Shown here one piece after another: positions 1 through 13,411 of a stretch of DNA of 64,000 nt; positions within the stretch are counted from its first letter, which is position 1; each line of letters opens with the position of its first letter. The stretch spans positions 29,636,001 through 29,700,000 of the forward strand of contig NC_043005.1 in assembly GCF_006345805.1 (NCBI RefSeq). Reading direction: 5' to 3'. The notes beneath the pieces were generated by a model. That model searched no databases. It worked only from the letters and a program-made list of their open reading frames with translations, and was not told where the DNA came from. Source of the DNA: Octopus sinensis (lineage: Eukaryota). Both the position numbers and the translations under genes were made by a program.

Positions 1-425
1 TTGAAATGTTGAAGAATGAATGAGAAACCTTTAGAAAAATAGCTCTGTAATATGTTGTTCACAGAACTTGGCAATGATAGAAGTAGTTTACTTTCAAATG
101 ATATTTTTACATCATCGTCATCGTTATTGTCTTCATGGTCGTCATCGTCAGCATCATCATCATCATTATATTCATCAGTTTTAATGTCTAATTTCCCTTG
201 TTTGCATGGTAATGAGACTTGTTCACAACTATTTTGCAAAGTCAAGACAAAAAGACACACACACACACTTGCATATATTCTTGTCACTCATAACATGTGT
301 GTGTGTGTGTGTGTGTGTGCATATGTACACGCATGCACATGTGCACACACACATACACACTAGTTTGCACTCACACACACACACACTTGCACTCACACAC
401 TCACACACACACATGTATATATGAA

Positions 426-577
426 GGGCTTCCTTTAGTTTCTGCCTATCAAATCCACTCACAGAGTTTTTGTTTGGATCAGAGCTGTAGTAGAAGACAC
501 TGGCCCAAGGTGCCATGCTGTGGGACTGAGCCTGAAACCATGTGGTTGTCACTTGATATTGTTCCCTAAGCCTGCAT
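426..577 (-). mobile_element. tRNA-derived CORE-type SINE (family B), partial
   Basis: Reverse complement of the motif ccttgggcaagtgtcttctactatag...ggatttggtagacggaaactgaaagaag, which recurs >15 times in the window. Confidence 0.8.
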
Positions 578-675
578 AAACAACTAATAATGATAAGGTT
601 AAGGCTAGAAACACCTGTAGCATACCAAATTGTTTCCAGCATGGTACACTACAAACACAAAAAAAAAACCATGCC

Positions 676-759
676 CCTACGCAGCTCCTATCTTGACTCA
701 ACTTGGCTCAACCTATGCAGCTCCTACCCTTGGCTCAACTTGGCACAACCTATGCAGCT
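676..759. repeat. 36-37 bp tandem repeat, ~2.3 copies
   Basis: cctatgcagctcctacc/tcttggctcaacttggc.caa starts at 676, 712 and 749. Confidence 0.8.
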
Positions 760-774
760 TGGAGTGAGGGCCGG

Positions 775-950
775 ACTTCTTTCAGTTTCTGTTAACCAAA
801 TCCACTCACAAAGCTTTGGTCAACCCAAGGCTACAATAAGAGTTGCTTGCTCAAGATGCCACGGTTTGGTACCCTGGGCCATGGAGCTAAACCTGAAATC
901 ATTTGGTTGGAAAATGAACATCTTTTTCATCACACAGCTATACTTTTACC
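775..950 (-). mobile_element. Family B SINE head and core
   Basis: Same motif as 426-577. Confidence 0.75.
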
Positions 951-1239
951 TAGCCATATCTTTATTTAGGGTTTATATTCCAGTATTTTTGTGTATTCTG
1001 ACAGGTCTCTTCTCACATACAAATATTCTTGTAAATCTGTTCTGACATTTATTTTCATAATTATTGTTTTGCATCTATTCTTCTATGCTTCATTGGATAA
1101 ATGGTTGAATTCATTTATTTCACAGCTGAATGATTTTCCTTCTCACCATAAACCCCTTCGTTGAGAAGTTGGTAGTAAATCCTATTTTGTGTTCTCTCAG
1201 CAAAACCAGTTCAGTATTTTGTGCAGATAATTTTAAATA

Positions 1240-1565
1240 TTCTGGAGTGTGATTAAGAAGTTTGATTCCCGACCTCATGGTTTCAGTTTCAAGCCTACTG
1301 CATGGCACCTTGAGAAATTCAGTGTCTTCTATTATAACTCCTGGTCAACTAAAACTCAGTTTCTGGATTTGGTAGACAGAAGCTGAAAGAATCTCATCAC
1401 ATGTGTGTGTGTGTGTGTGTTAGTCTCAACACTTTATGATAGATGTAAATGAGCCTCACCATCACACAAGTGGTGTTGTTCATTGCCAGTCTTCTGTGGA
1501 AACATATCTGGCCATGGAGAAATATCATTTTGGGAAACAGTTGAAGGTTGGCAACAAGAAGGGAA
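1240..1565 (+). mobile_element. Family B SINE with RTE-type tail (variant H)
   Basis: Head/core, then TG repeat, then ...ggttggcaacaagaaggg, which matches the RTE 3' end motif aggaagggcatcc. Confidence 0.7.
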
Positions 1566-1836
1566 TTTTCTCTAATAAACCCAACACTCCTCTCGTAGTC
1601 TGCAACGTATATCCCTAATAAGCCTACTACTTCATCAATGATAATCGTTTACTGTTCGATGTCCATTTTTCATACTGTGACTGTTTTGTTTGCATGCTTA
1701 CGTTCAAATGCCTCTGTTTTAATTGATTTTCAAAATAATGAAGACTTTAGTAAAATAACTGTCATTATTAAGCTGGTATTTGGAATATAAATTAACCTGA
1801 GCTTTTGAAGGGAGGTTTCCATTTAAATAATAAACC

Positions 1837-2093
1837 ACATATTCATTCTTAATATGTTTCAGTTAATGTGACACAGCTGATTGCTGTTGTATTTCGTCTT
1901 TGGAGAACAACTTCTTTCAGATAATGTTTGTTCAGAGCACTCTTGAGTGAAAGAGGTCTTTGAGACACCATGGCCATCCCCTTATCTCAATGAATCAAGT
2001 GTATTGTGAACACACATTGCCCAAAAGGAGGACTACTGCAGGGATTAGCATTCTCATATTTATATCTACCGGAAGTATTAAGAATGAATATGT
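1837..2093. mobile_element. Putative MITE with 18-bp perfect TIRs
   Basis: ACATATTCATTCTTAATA at 1837-1854 and its exact reverse complement at 2076-2093. It sits between two halves of a repeat resembling the TTAA-type MITE at 54305. Confidence 0.5.
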
Positions 2094-2500
2094 ACGTCAT
2101 TATTTTGATTTTTGCTATTCTTTATGCTCGTGGTGATTTAATATGATTTAGTAAGGGTTCAATTTAGATCACTTGAAAACAGGAAGCTTGTATCCTAGAA
2201 TCTGGAGCAATCTCAAACAAGTTGGTCTCAAAAGGGCTGAAGGCCAATTTTGGAGCAATTGTTTGGTTTGCAAGGTTAGATGTCCTGATAACTAACCACT
2301 AAGTCTAAACAAGGTCAATTACCATTGGACGATGTGTTGAGTTAGTATTATTCTGTTTAGGCAACCACGCAACTTGTGAGGTAAAGGAACAAAAATGGAG
2401 TTTTATTAGTCAAGTAAACTGACCCAAACAGAGTTATGTGCCTTGTTCTGAAATGCACCATAATCGCTGTAGTAAAATTTGAATTTATTATCATTTTCTC

Positions 2501-2690
2501 CATAGCCCAGCACCCAAATAACCCAAAGCTATTGAAAGCCTTATATTTGCTAACATATATTAAGTGAAGAGATTATTTCTAAATACATTAAGATTCGGAC
2601 TTATAAACATCTACTTCATAGTCCAGCACCCAATATCTCAAAGCTATTGAAAGCCTATATTTGATAAAATATATGAAGTGAAGAGAATAT
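2501..2690. repeat. Local tandem duplication, ~116 bp period
   Basis: catagc/tccagcaccc...aaagctattgaaagcc...aagtgaagaga at 2501 and again at 2617. Confidence 0.8.
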
Positions 2691-3065
2691 GTCAACGATG
2701 TGGTTGTTTACTAATGGCTCTGAGCTTAGCAAAATGAGTGTTGTGATCATAGTGTTGCTGATATGATAATGGTTGTTGGAAGAACTTCAAAAATCTGTTG
2801 ATAGGTGATATTAATAGCCTTATATTTTGCTTGTCTTTTGGTATTAAGTTTGTTAATTATTGTCAAAGTATGTTAATATGCTAAACTGTTAAGGTTAGTG
2901 GTTTACTCTGTGTCTATGACATATCATTGGAAAATGTTATTTTAAAGACATCACTAAAATATATGGATTTTCAGTCAAAGTTTAGGCATTCTGATATCTT
3001 TAGAATGGCTACAGGTGTACAATACATATACTTTTTTAGAAAATGTTTCCCATTTATCATCTTAG

Positions 3066-3096
<31 letters not shown>

Positions 3097-3106
3097 TCTT
3101 TAATTC

Positions 3107-3352
3107 TTTTATTCATTTACTTGTTTCAGTCATTTGACTTCGGCCATGCTGGAGTACCACTTTTTAGTCGAGCAAATCGACCCCAGTACTTATTCTTTGT
3201 AAGCCTAGTACTTATTCTATTGGTCTCTTTTTGCTGAACTGCTAAGTTATGGGGACGTAACCACACCAGCACTGCATGTCAAGTGATGTTGGATGGGGGA
3301 ACAAACACAGACGCACCAACACACACACACGCACACACACACACACACACAC

Positions 3353-3384
<32 letters not shown>

Positions 3385-3575
3385 GCACATGCACACACAT
3401 ACATATATACAACAGGCTTCTTTCAGTTTCCATCTACCAAATCCATTCACAAGGATTTGGTTGGCCTGAGGCTATAGTAGAAGACACTTGCCCAAGGTGC
3501 CGTGCAGTGGGACTGAACCTGGAACCATGTGGCTGGTAAGCAAGCTACTTACTACACAGCCACTCCTGCACCTAG
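3107..3575 (-). mobile_element. Full-length family B SINE with tail variant D
   Basis: Head (ggagtggctgtgtagtaag), core, CA repeat and tail ...ctccagcatggccgaagtcaaatgactgaaacaagtaaa, all on the minus strand. Confidence 0.85.
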
Positions 3576-4164
3576 ATATATATGAAGTCAAAGACATATA
3601 CTTGTAAGAGCAAAAGGGATATCATCCTCATCCTCATCATCATTGTTATTATCATTATTGTCACTATCATCATCATCATCATCATCATCATCGTAGTCAT
3701 TTTGATGTCAACTTGGTTTGCATTGGTCAGATGCAAACTTTGTTTGCATTGGTCAACCATGTTTGCATTGGTCTTATGGAATCTGTTGTGGCAGATTTTC
3801 TGCTACTGGATGCCATTCTTTTGCCAACTCTCACTTGTTCAAAGGAAGCTGGTATTTCCTGACGTACACATGTGTTGTTGAAGAAAAATAGCAACAAATG
3901 ACACCAGTTGTATGATGGTGACGCTCGTTTACAATGATGATGCAATGTTAAGAAAAACAAGGCACAGACACACACATTCAAATATATAAATACATATAGA
4001 AACATGCTCAGAAGTTGAGCTTCATTCACTTTCCATCTATCAAATCCACTAACAAGGCTTTGATTAGCCCAGGGCTACAGCAGAAGACATTGGTGGAGCT
4101 CTGCTTTATGACATTCATTAATTCACAAATTAAGTATAATGGACATTGCTGTCAAATATAATAG

Positions 4165-4900
4165 TGACCCTATCATGTGGTACCTCTTCTGGGTGCAAAG
4201 CCAAACTGCATCTCCCCTAGGCCTTCTCTATCATGGATCAGTTGTGCTCATGATACTCTCCATGACCTTCACAATCTGATCTAGTAGTTTCAGTCCTTCT
4301 CTCAAAACCATCTATTTTGACTTTTTAGCAGTTTATAATGACATTGTTACACTAGTCGTGGGGTGTATCACTTTCCTGTTTGATATCATTGGCTACCCAG
4401 GTGGCAATCATGTATCCTTACTTCACTAGACATTCTGGGCATCTCTGCAACTATTCCTAATGAACCTGCAACTTTCTCTCTTCATATCCTTCAACACTTT
4501 ATCAACCAAGCTGCTGTCCCTCTGTGTAGGGGTAGCAATATCCCGTGCGTTCCTCACCTTCAGCAGCCTCTCTTATATTAGCTCTTCCATGTCACTTTCT
4601 TGTCTTCATCACTCTGAATACATTTCTTGCCAGAGACATTCAGGTTCCCTCTCATACATTGTTTGCAATCTTGAACACTTCCATGCCTCTGATTCTCATA
4701 TTGCAGCACATGCACAATCTTTCTCTTTCTGCCTCACCTTTAGCCAAGTACACCTGTTACCTGGATGCTCTTCTAGCCCTTCAGTAATGCTCCCTACGAC
4801 CACATTCCTCCCAAGTTCCCCAGACCTGTCTCTTAGCCTTTTACCATCAACTGAATCAGTGTTGCTTTCAACTCAGATGAGACTTTGTTCCAGCCACATG
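4165..4900 (-). mobile_element. Decayed RTE LINE, pre-RT linker and RT N-terminus
   Basis: Frameshifted minus-strand translation gives GLKLLDQIVKVMESIM..QLIHDREGLGEMQFGFAPRRGTT and VYLAKGEAER...FKIA... Confidence 0.7.
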
Positions 4901-5599
4901 TCTGATCTGTAGCCTGAGGCAGATTATCTCGTTGAAATTCCCAAGACAGGTAGGTAAGTTAGATAGATAGACAGATAGATAGATATATAGACAGATAGAT
5001 AGATAGAGAAAAGAGAGAGAGATAATGATATGCATAAATGTGTGTGTGCACCACTATGTTTGTGTGTACAAAGGGAAAAATCTGTTGAAAGTAATAAAGA
5101 GGAAAACAGAGAGGAAACTGATTACTTGAGAGACAGACAGACAGACAGATAGATAGAGAGAGAGGGCGGGGAGAAGGAAGATACAAGAATGAATGGGGAA
5201 TAAGAACATTTACAAATAATCAAAATAAAATTAATTAGAACAAAACATGATTAGAAGACATTATTGATTGAGATGAAGTAATTTGATAAGATAGGAAATT
5301 TATTATTGTGTTTATTATTATTTCTATTCCTCATCATCGTTATTCTTATTAATATCCTCGTTATAATTAATAAAATCATAATTATTACTAATTATTAATA
5401 TTATCATGATTGATGAATTAATGGAGACTTTTGAGCCACAGACCAAATGATGTATTGAAGGATTTATATATGACTTGCTATGTTCTCAGTTCAAATCATG
5501 CCATCGACTTTGCTTTTCATCAATTTAGGGTTCATAAAATAAAGTAATAAGGAAATAGCGGGGGGGGGGGGTTGAGGGGTAATTTAATTGATTGGTTTT

Positions 5600-5765
5600 C
5601 CTCCTATGAATTTCTGTCGGTCTTTACATTCTGAGTTCAAATTCCACCAAGATTGACTTTCACGTTTGATGAAGTAAGTACCAGTTATACACTGAAGTCA
5701 ATGTAATCAACTTGCCCCCTCCCCTCAATTTCAGGTTTTGCACCTATTGCAAAAAGGGTTATTGT
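5600..5765 (+). mobile_element. tRNA-derived SINE family A (partial)
   Basis: ttctgagttcaaattcc...gacttt...aagtaccagtt...aatttcagg motif. Confidence 0.75.
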
Positions 5766-5885
5766 TATTGTCGTTATTCATAAATAAAATCCTTATTATT
5801 ATTATTATTATTATTATTATCATCATTATCATCTTTCAATTCTGAGTGTCTTCCTGGAACCCAGGCAGAGAAACTCACTGCATAC

Positions 5886-6101
5886 ATTCTTTTCTACTCT
5901 AGGCACAAGACCCGAAATTTTTGGGGAGGGGGCCAGTCAATTAGATCAATCTCAGTACACAACTCGTACTTATTTTATCGACCCTGAAAGGATGAAAGGC
6001 AAAATCTACCTCCGCAGAATTTGAACTCAGAACATAAAGACATGAAATACCGCTAAGCATTTCGCCCAGCATGCAAATGTTTCTGCCAGCTTGCTGCCTT
6101 A
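5886..6101 (-). mobile_element. SINE family A, full length
   Basis: Reverse complement of aaggcagcaagctggcagaaac...ctgagttcaaattc...gcctttcatcctttcagggtcgataaaataagtac...gtgcctagagtagaaaagaa. Confidence 0.85.
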
Positions 6102-6559
6102 CTCACTGTACACAATGGTAGGCCATTAAAATAAACACACCAGATTGTTCATTTACAAAGTCATGTGATTGAGAAAAAGAGCAAGACAGGGAGAAAGGGG
6201 AATAAAAAAGCAAACAAAGAAAATAAAAAGGAAAATGGGAAAGAAAATTCACAGCGCCATCTCAATACGTGTGATGTACCAGGTCAGACAATCTTTTGCA
6301 CTTCTTGCATGGAGGACAAGTCAAAGGATTATTCTTAAATAATTTTCCGTTCATTTTCTGACCATTCCAAATGTTCCTACAATCACTGGTATTGTAACTG
6401 TCTTGAGATGCTGGGTCTCCAGACCTCAGTCCAAACGTCCAACCCATGCCAGCATAAAAAACAGACGTTAAACAATGATGATGATAATGGTGATGATGAT
6501 GTGCCTAGAGGAAAAAAAGATTAATATCATTGCTATTGTTATTCTGAAAGACTTTCAGA

Positions 6560-6984
6560 TAGTTCTTAATTTCTGGTTATTCTTTACTTGAAAGCAATCA
6601 ATAACAAATCACCAACAGTTTCAAGTAGTCTCCTGTGACTCAAAGAGACAATACTCTCCTTAGAATGCGAGCTGTACCTAACAATGCTGTCTTCTGGATC
6701 ACTTCAAGCCTGACAGCAGCTCCAATATTTCTAATATGTTTTTCAAAGCCCTTGGAAACTGCTCCTAATGCTCCAATTACCACCGGTATCACCATTAATT
6801 TCCTCATGCCCCATAACTTTCCTATCTCGTTCCGTAGTGGCTGGTATTTCTCAATCTTTTTTTGTTTCCTTACATTTCACCCTTGAATCACCTGGTATTG
6901 CAACATCTATTATCTTTGCTTCTTTTTCATCTTTATGGATGATCACGATATCTGGCTGTTTCATCCCTATGACTTGGTCATACT
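6560..6984 (-). mobile_element. R4/Dong-like (RLE) non-LTR retrotransposon 3' fragment #1
   Basis: KQPDIVIIHKDEKEAKIIDVAIPGDSRVKCKE..IEKYQPLRNEIGKLWGMRKLMVIPVVIGALG...IQKTALLGTARILRRVLSL*. Contains the PD..D..KxxKY RLE motif; one frameshift. Confidence 0.88.
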
Positions 6985-7225
6985 TATTATCATCATCATC
7001 ATCATCATCATTATTATTATTATTAGGAGAGTATTGTATTTCGCTTGAAGCATTGTGTATTGTTTGTAAAGAATAAAAAGTTTTGAATGGTACAACAATG
7101 TACTATAATACAGACAATGGGCTATATACCTGTTGCAATTTAGTTATCCTTAGTCTGATATGATATTTCAGAATAATATTCCTTCTTCAGATATTCTTAG
7201 ATGGATATTATTATTATTATTATTA

Positions 7226-7297
<72 letters not shown>

Positions 7298-8459
7298 TCG
7301 TCGTTGTTGTTGTTGTTATAGAAAGACTGGATTTGGCTGTATTGTTACAAGGTTGTTGAATAAAATGCACATATAACATGAATATTTGCTTCACTGAATT
7401 TCCTCTGATACAAGAAAAACATGGAAAAGGGGACATTAAAAATGCTGCTGCTGCTGCTGTACCACTATCACCACTGGAAACACCACTCTACAGATGACAT
7501 CATGATAACGTTGATGTGTATGGTTTAGGGTTTGTGTGGCAGACGGTGTCATTGTGTTAATGCCGTGTATATATGCTGTAGTGTTGGATTTGTGTAGCAC
7601 TAATGTCGTTTGTGTTTCAGTATTAGTGATGTGTTTGGGTGGTACAATGATATACTACCTTTTAACCAGTAAATTCTTTCAGAAGGACCTCCTCTCATGT
7701 CAGTTCATAGTGTCTACCTTTCTGGTTGGTAACTGTTGCTGAAGAGGAGATAAACATTCTGAAATGCATTTATTGAACAGTCTAATTAGGGGGCGCTGCA
7801 ACTGACTCAGTGTATTTACACTTTTCTGTTTACTGCCAGAAATTTTCTCCAAAATACAGTAAAAGGCTTTCATACAAGTTCAAATATGCCTCAAGCTTAC
7901 TTAAGCTAGTAACAAGTTTGTCAATTCTTTATATTCTCAAATAGGTGTAAATTCCATTGGGTTGACAATTTCTCCCCAGTTATCCCAACTTATACGTGAC
8001 TTTCTGTTGTGAATATAAATTACTTACCCCGAAATTAATTAACTATTCTAAATCTTGACAATCTCTGTGTTCTCGTAAACCTTAATTGCTTAAGTTAAAT
8101 TATTAGCATTGCTTTATTTTTAAAAAAATAGTGGGTTTTCATGACACATGGTGTCTCAGAGCAATGTGGGTCCTTTCTGGAAACAGCATTGCACTGTTGT
8201 AAGAATGACTGGTGGAAACAGTTGAACACCCCTCACCCGCATAGAGTCATTCATATCTGTTTCACTTCCCTAAAATCCCACCCTGAAGTTTTTTTGAAGG
8301 ATCCAGAGATTATGAAACCCTTCTTGATACGTATTCAGCAGTGAGCTTCTCTGATCTTGTGATACAAAGTTATAAGTGGAGTCATTTAAAGTCATTTAAT
8401 TAATGGTGTTTCAGTTGAAAATTTTTCTTCAAAATGCCAAGAATTATCATCATCATCAT

Positions 8460-8890
8460 CATTCTTTCAATGTCCACTTTTCCATGCTTGCATGGGTGGA
8501 TACAGTTTTTTTTTTTGAGTCAGATTTTCTTCAGCTGCATGCCTTTCCTGCTGCCAAATCTTACCATTATCAAGAAAGGTAAAATTTCTCCATGTCCTAA
8601 CATGTTTTCAAAGAATATTGGAAATGAATGACACTGCTTGTATGACAGTGGCACTTATTTACAACTATTATGCTATGTCATAGCAAAGACACACACAATC
8701 ACACACACACGGTGGCATTGTGTTGGTGTCATGTATATATGCTGTAGTGCTTCCATCTACCAAATCCACTTATAAGGCTTTGCTTGGCCTGAGGCTATAG
8801 TAGAAGACACTTGCCCGAGGTGCCCCACAGTGGGACTGAACCTTGAACCATATGTTTGGGAAGCAAGCTTCTTACCACACAGCCGCTCCT
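8460..8890 (-). mobile_element. Family B SINE with RTE-type tail (H)
   Basis: catcatcat-tccacttttccatgcttgcatggg tail through to the B core and head. Confidence 0.7.
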
Positions 8891-9075
8891 ACCAGTTATT
8901 CTGTACAAGGGGATCCCAAAACACAGTCTTCATTGACGTAACAGTGTTTATATTATAACAGCATTTTACTACACTGCTACAGTATTAAGATACTGTAGTG
9001 GCAGTAGGAGCAGCAGTAGCAGTAGGAGTAGGAGTAGATGTAGACAGTGTGTGTGTGCTTCAATGTTTGTGTATG

Positions 9076-9114
<39 letters not shown>

Positions 9115-9724
9115 ATATTACAGAAACTTTATACTGTAGTAGTGTATATGTATGAGTGTGTATATGCATGTGTATGTGTGTGCATATGTTACTTTGTATG
9201 TGTATGTGTTTATATTACAACAGCAGGGTAGTTGCAATACCACACAAACTTAATACTCTGCAACTATGTTGCATGTGTGTGTGTGTGTGTGTTTGTGCAG
9301 TTCTTTGTGTGTGTGTATTTATATATATTGATGTGTAAGCCTTTGTGCATGGGCATATATGTATGTGAGCTTATGCGTGTGCATCTGTATGTATAGAGGT
9401 CTGTTAGTGTCAATGTTGTTTCCGGACATGGTGGTTTGTCTGTTCTCTCTTAAAGCACCAAAAGACTTTTTGGATGTGTGGCCTCGTTTGGTCTTGGAGA
9501 AGAAGAAGAAGGAGCTTAGTCACATGTGTAGAACCTCGCATTTAAGTGCCCCCATTGTATATTTGACAAGTTGTCCTCAAAAGTGGTCGCAACACTTATG
9601 AAAGCAGCAATTTATTTAATGACAAATTTGTCAGCTTCACTAACGAACAGGTCAAATTTCAAATATGAAATACAGCTTTCTCTGCTATTTCTATTCTTTC
9701 ATTCGTATCTTTCATAGATTTGTT

Positions 9725-10190
9725 GTTGTTGTTGTTGATTGCCCACCGCAATTTAATAAAAGCACACTCACACACATGCACATACACATGCATACACATA
9801 CACATATTATGTACATGGATATTTATGTATATGAATATATGTATGCATGTATATATGTATGTATATATATATACGCATGCACGCGTGCATGTGTGTGTGT
9901 ATGCATGTGTGTGTGTGTATGTCTGTGTGTGTGTATGTCTGTGTGTATGTCCGTGTGTATGTATATATACATATGTATACATATTTATGTATATATACGT
10001 ATGTATGTATATATACGTACGTATGTATGCATGTAAGTGTATATATGTATGTACATGCATATGCATGTACATATATGTGTGTATGTATGTATGCATGTGT
10101 GTATGTATGTATGTATTTATGTATGTATGTATGTATGCATGCATGTATGTATGTATGTGTGTGTGTATGTACTTATGTATGTATGATGGT
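9725..10190. repeat. Compound CA/TA/TATG microsatellite
   Basis: Directly visible; it generates the spurious 120-170 aa ORFs. Confidence 0.95.
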
Positions 10191-10269
10191 CTTCAATATA
10201 GTTTCGTTGTATCAATTTCACTCCTAAGGCTTTAGTCTGCTCAAGTAAATAGTAAAAGATATTTGCCAA

Positions 10270-10790
10270 TGGCTGGCATGGGTTGGATGGGTCGACTGAA
10301 TCTCATCAGTTGGAGGACTGTACTGAGTTTCTCTCTGTTTTGGTGTGGTTTCTATAGCTGGATGCCTTTCCCTAATGCCAATCACTTTACACAATGTACT
10401 GGAAGCTTTTCTGTGGTATCAACGCTAGTAAAGCACAATGAGTGTGCAGACATAAGCTTAATGCTTTCAGGGCCTTACTTTCAAAACATATGGGGCTCTT
10501 CTAAAGCACAATGAATTTCCAATTATCTTGCTCCTTTGTCATCTCCTCCACATGTCTCAACATCTTGATACCAGCCTTCACTACTGTCACCTGTCTTGGG
10601 TTTCTTCTCATATGTTTCAGTCACATTTAACAATTGCTTCATCCATACACATCACATGTCCATACCAGTCCAATTTTTCTCTCTTGCCCATTGCATCTGG
10701 TTCCTCTTATACCCAGTTCTTCTCTCAATACATTTGCCCTTGTTGTACATACACACTTCCAATGCACATTCAACGGGGCATACTACCTTC
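10270..10790 (-). mobile_element. RTE LINE 3' fragment (ORF C-terminus plus 3' UTR)
   Basis: SMPR*MCIGSVYVQQG-ANVLREELGIRG..QER..WYGHVMCMDE followed by the ggcattagggaaaggcatccagctatagaaa tail motif. Confidence 0.7.
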
Positions 10791-11499
10791 ATAGGACTCA
10801 AGAAATAGAGCATATATGTTCATTATTTAGCTGTAAACTTACAGGAACAATTCCAGAGCCTACAGTTTTTATGAGCAGCTCTTCTGAAACTTAAGTGAAT
10901 TTCCTGAGTACTATCATGAAACTCAAGCTCTTTGAGTCACTTATGAAGCTTTACAGTTAAATAATAAAGAAATACATATGGATTAGCATTTATTTTTATG
11001 CCTGAAAACATTTAAACATTAATTGAAGTGTCACTCAATATTGAGCATCACATATATTTGAACCAAGAAAAGGATGACAGTAACTTTGAAGTCTCACCAT
11101 TTGTAGTTCAATCTGACAGGGAAAGTTCAAAGTTACTCTCAACTTTCTCCTTGTAAATTTACATCCACATATATATATCTACTCATTTATTTTTGTGGTT
11201 GTTTTCACATTCATTTTTTTTCCATTTTAGTAGAGGCCACATGAATGTATTATTAAGGCATTGTTCCATAGGTGGGTCCCCTTCTATTCATAGCCCTTTC
11301 TTCTGTTTTTGAAGCAAGGGATCTTTATTTTACACATCTTTGAAGGCGCAAACTGAATGGACACAATTTGTTGACAGGACAAATAACATCACTCCTGGTA
11401 GCTTGTGATATTTGGACAAATGTAAATGCTAATAAACAGACAAATACTCACACACACAAACACAGACACACATACATATATATAGATATGTAATGTCAA

Positions 11500-12262
11500 G
11501 GTACACATGCGACAGATTGTAAGGACCCTGAGAGAAATGTTGGACATAAGAAGCATTGGATGTGGTGTGCAAAAGAGACATTTGCATTGGAATGGTCATG
11601 TATGAGGAGAGCTGTGTGAAGAAGTGCCACTCTCAAACAGTTGAAAGAAACTGGGGTAGAGGTAGGCCCAGGAAGACATGGGATGAGGTGGTGACGCATG
11701 GCTCTTCAAACGTTGAGCCTCACAGAGGCAATGACGAAAAGCCGAGACCTCTGGAGATATGCTGTGACCTGGCAAATAAAATGAGTTTACAGCTGTAACC
11801 TACACCAATGTCGCATAAACCAGCCCACTCAAAAGTACCTTGGATCATAGGGTGACATGCTGTGTTTTAGGAGACCTACTAAGTTAAGTACATCAACATC
11901 AAAATAAAAATCAAATGGAAATTGTAATTGCAATCCCTGTGCCAGTGGCATGTAAAAAGTACCACCCGAACATGGCTTATGCCAGTGCTACCTTGACTGG
12001 CTTCTGTGCCAGTGGCACATAAAAAGCACCAACTGATTATCGTCGTTGCCAGCCCCCTCTGTCCCCCTGTGCCTGTGGCACATAAAAACCACCCACTACA
12101 CTCTCAGAGTTGTTGGCATTAGGAAGGGCATCCAGCTGTAGAAACACTGCTAGATCAGTCTGGAGCCTGGTGCAGCCTCCTGGCTTCCAAGACCCCAGTC
12201 AAACCATCCAACCCATGCCAGCATGGAAAGCAGACGTTAAACAATGATGATGATGATGATGG
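11500..12262 (+). mobile_element. RTE LINE 3' end with complete 3' UTR and (GAT)n tail; links 'family C' repeats to RTE
   Basis: ESCVKKCHSQTVERNWGRGRPRKTWDEVV, then a UTR with gtgccagtggcac repeats and aggaagggcatccagctgtagaaa...gacgttaaacaatgatgatg. Confidence 0.82.
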
Positions 12263-12435
12263 TAGATATATAGATATAGATATATATAGATATATAGCTA
12301 TGATATTGCCATTAGGAAGAGCATCCTGGTGTTGGAGACATCTTGGTATTAGAAAAATCATCCAGGCAACAAAACCATTTCAAAGCAGACACTGGAGCAT
12401 GATTCAGTCCTTAGACCTGTCTGATCTATCTAACT

Positions 12436-12781
12436 CAGTAGTTTTCAACTGGGACCCAATGGCCCCTGAGAGTCCATATAAAACTTTGCAGGGGTTCACA
12501 TCACAAAATAATAAATTGGTGATCCACAATAATATTTTAGGGCCCCTTAAAGGATTTTGCTTTAGATGTATATATTGGTATTTATTGCAAGAAACAGCTG
12601 GGTTCCTTTCTCTAACATTTTGCGTAATTCAACCCACACAATTTAATGTGTGGAAAAAAAAATGGAATTTTGAAAGGACTTCATATACAACTAGTTTTTA
12701 AAAATCAAATGGCTATGGAGGTCCACCAGAATAAAATAGTCTTCAAAGGGGTCGATAGATGAAAAATATTCAAGGACTCTG
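12436..12781. mobile_element. hAT/Charlie-like MITE
   Basis: Ends cagtagttttcaac... and ...ttcaaggactctg; subterminal ggggtcc motifs; flanks atctaact / atctaaac form a degenerate 8-bp TSD. Confidence 0.6.
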
Positions 12782-12992
12782 ATCTAAACCATGTCAGCAT
12801 GGAAGATGGACATCAAAAGATGATGGTGATGATGATGATGAAGATATATGTAATTGTGTGTGTACGTATGGATATATCTACTATCTATATGTGTATAACA
12901 GGCTTCTTTCAGTTTCCATCTACTTCTAAGGCGTTTGTTGGTCTGGGACTGTAGTAGAAAGAGTACTTCTTACTGTAAAGTATTGAATTTAT

Positions 12993-13411
12993 AGGTGCAG
13001 GAGTAGCTGTGTGGTAAGTAGCTTGCTTACCAACCACAAGGTTCCGGGTTTCACTTTGGGCAAATGTCTTCTACTATAGCCTCAAGCCGACCAAAACCTT
13101 GTGAGTGGATTTGATAGATGGAAACTGAAAGAAGCCATCGTATATATATATATGTATATATACACACACAAACATATATATATATATATATTATATATAT
13201 ATATATGTTTGTGTGTGTATATGTTTGTGCATCTGTGTTTGTGTCCCCCAACATCCCTTGACAACCAATGCTGTTGCTTTTACATCCCCGTAACTTAGCA
13301 GTTCAGCAAAAGAGACTGATAAAATAAGTACTGGAGTCGATTTGCTCAACTAAAGGCAGTGCTCCAGCATGGCCGCAGTCAAATGACTGAAACAAGTAAA
13401 AGAGTAAAAGA
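12993..13411 (+). mobile_element. Full-length family B SINE with tail D
   Basis: ggagtagctgtgtggtaagtagc...ttgggcaaatgtcttctactatag...ccagcatggccgcagtcaaatgactgaaacaagtaaaagag. Confidence 0.85.

Noticed and set aside
9659-10235. Overlapping 120-170 aa ORFs (similar ones at 18508-18949, 46734-47061 and 59729-60340)
   Set aside because: They are translations of di- and trinucleotide microsatellites with no protein-like complexity.
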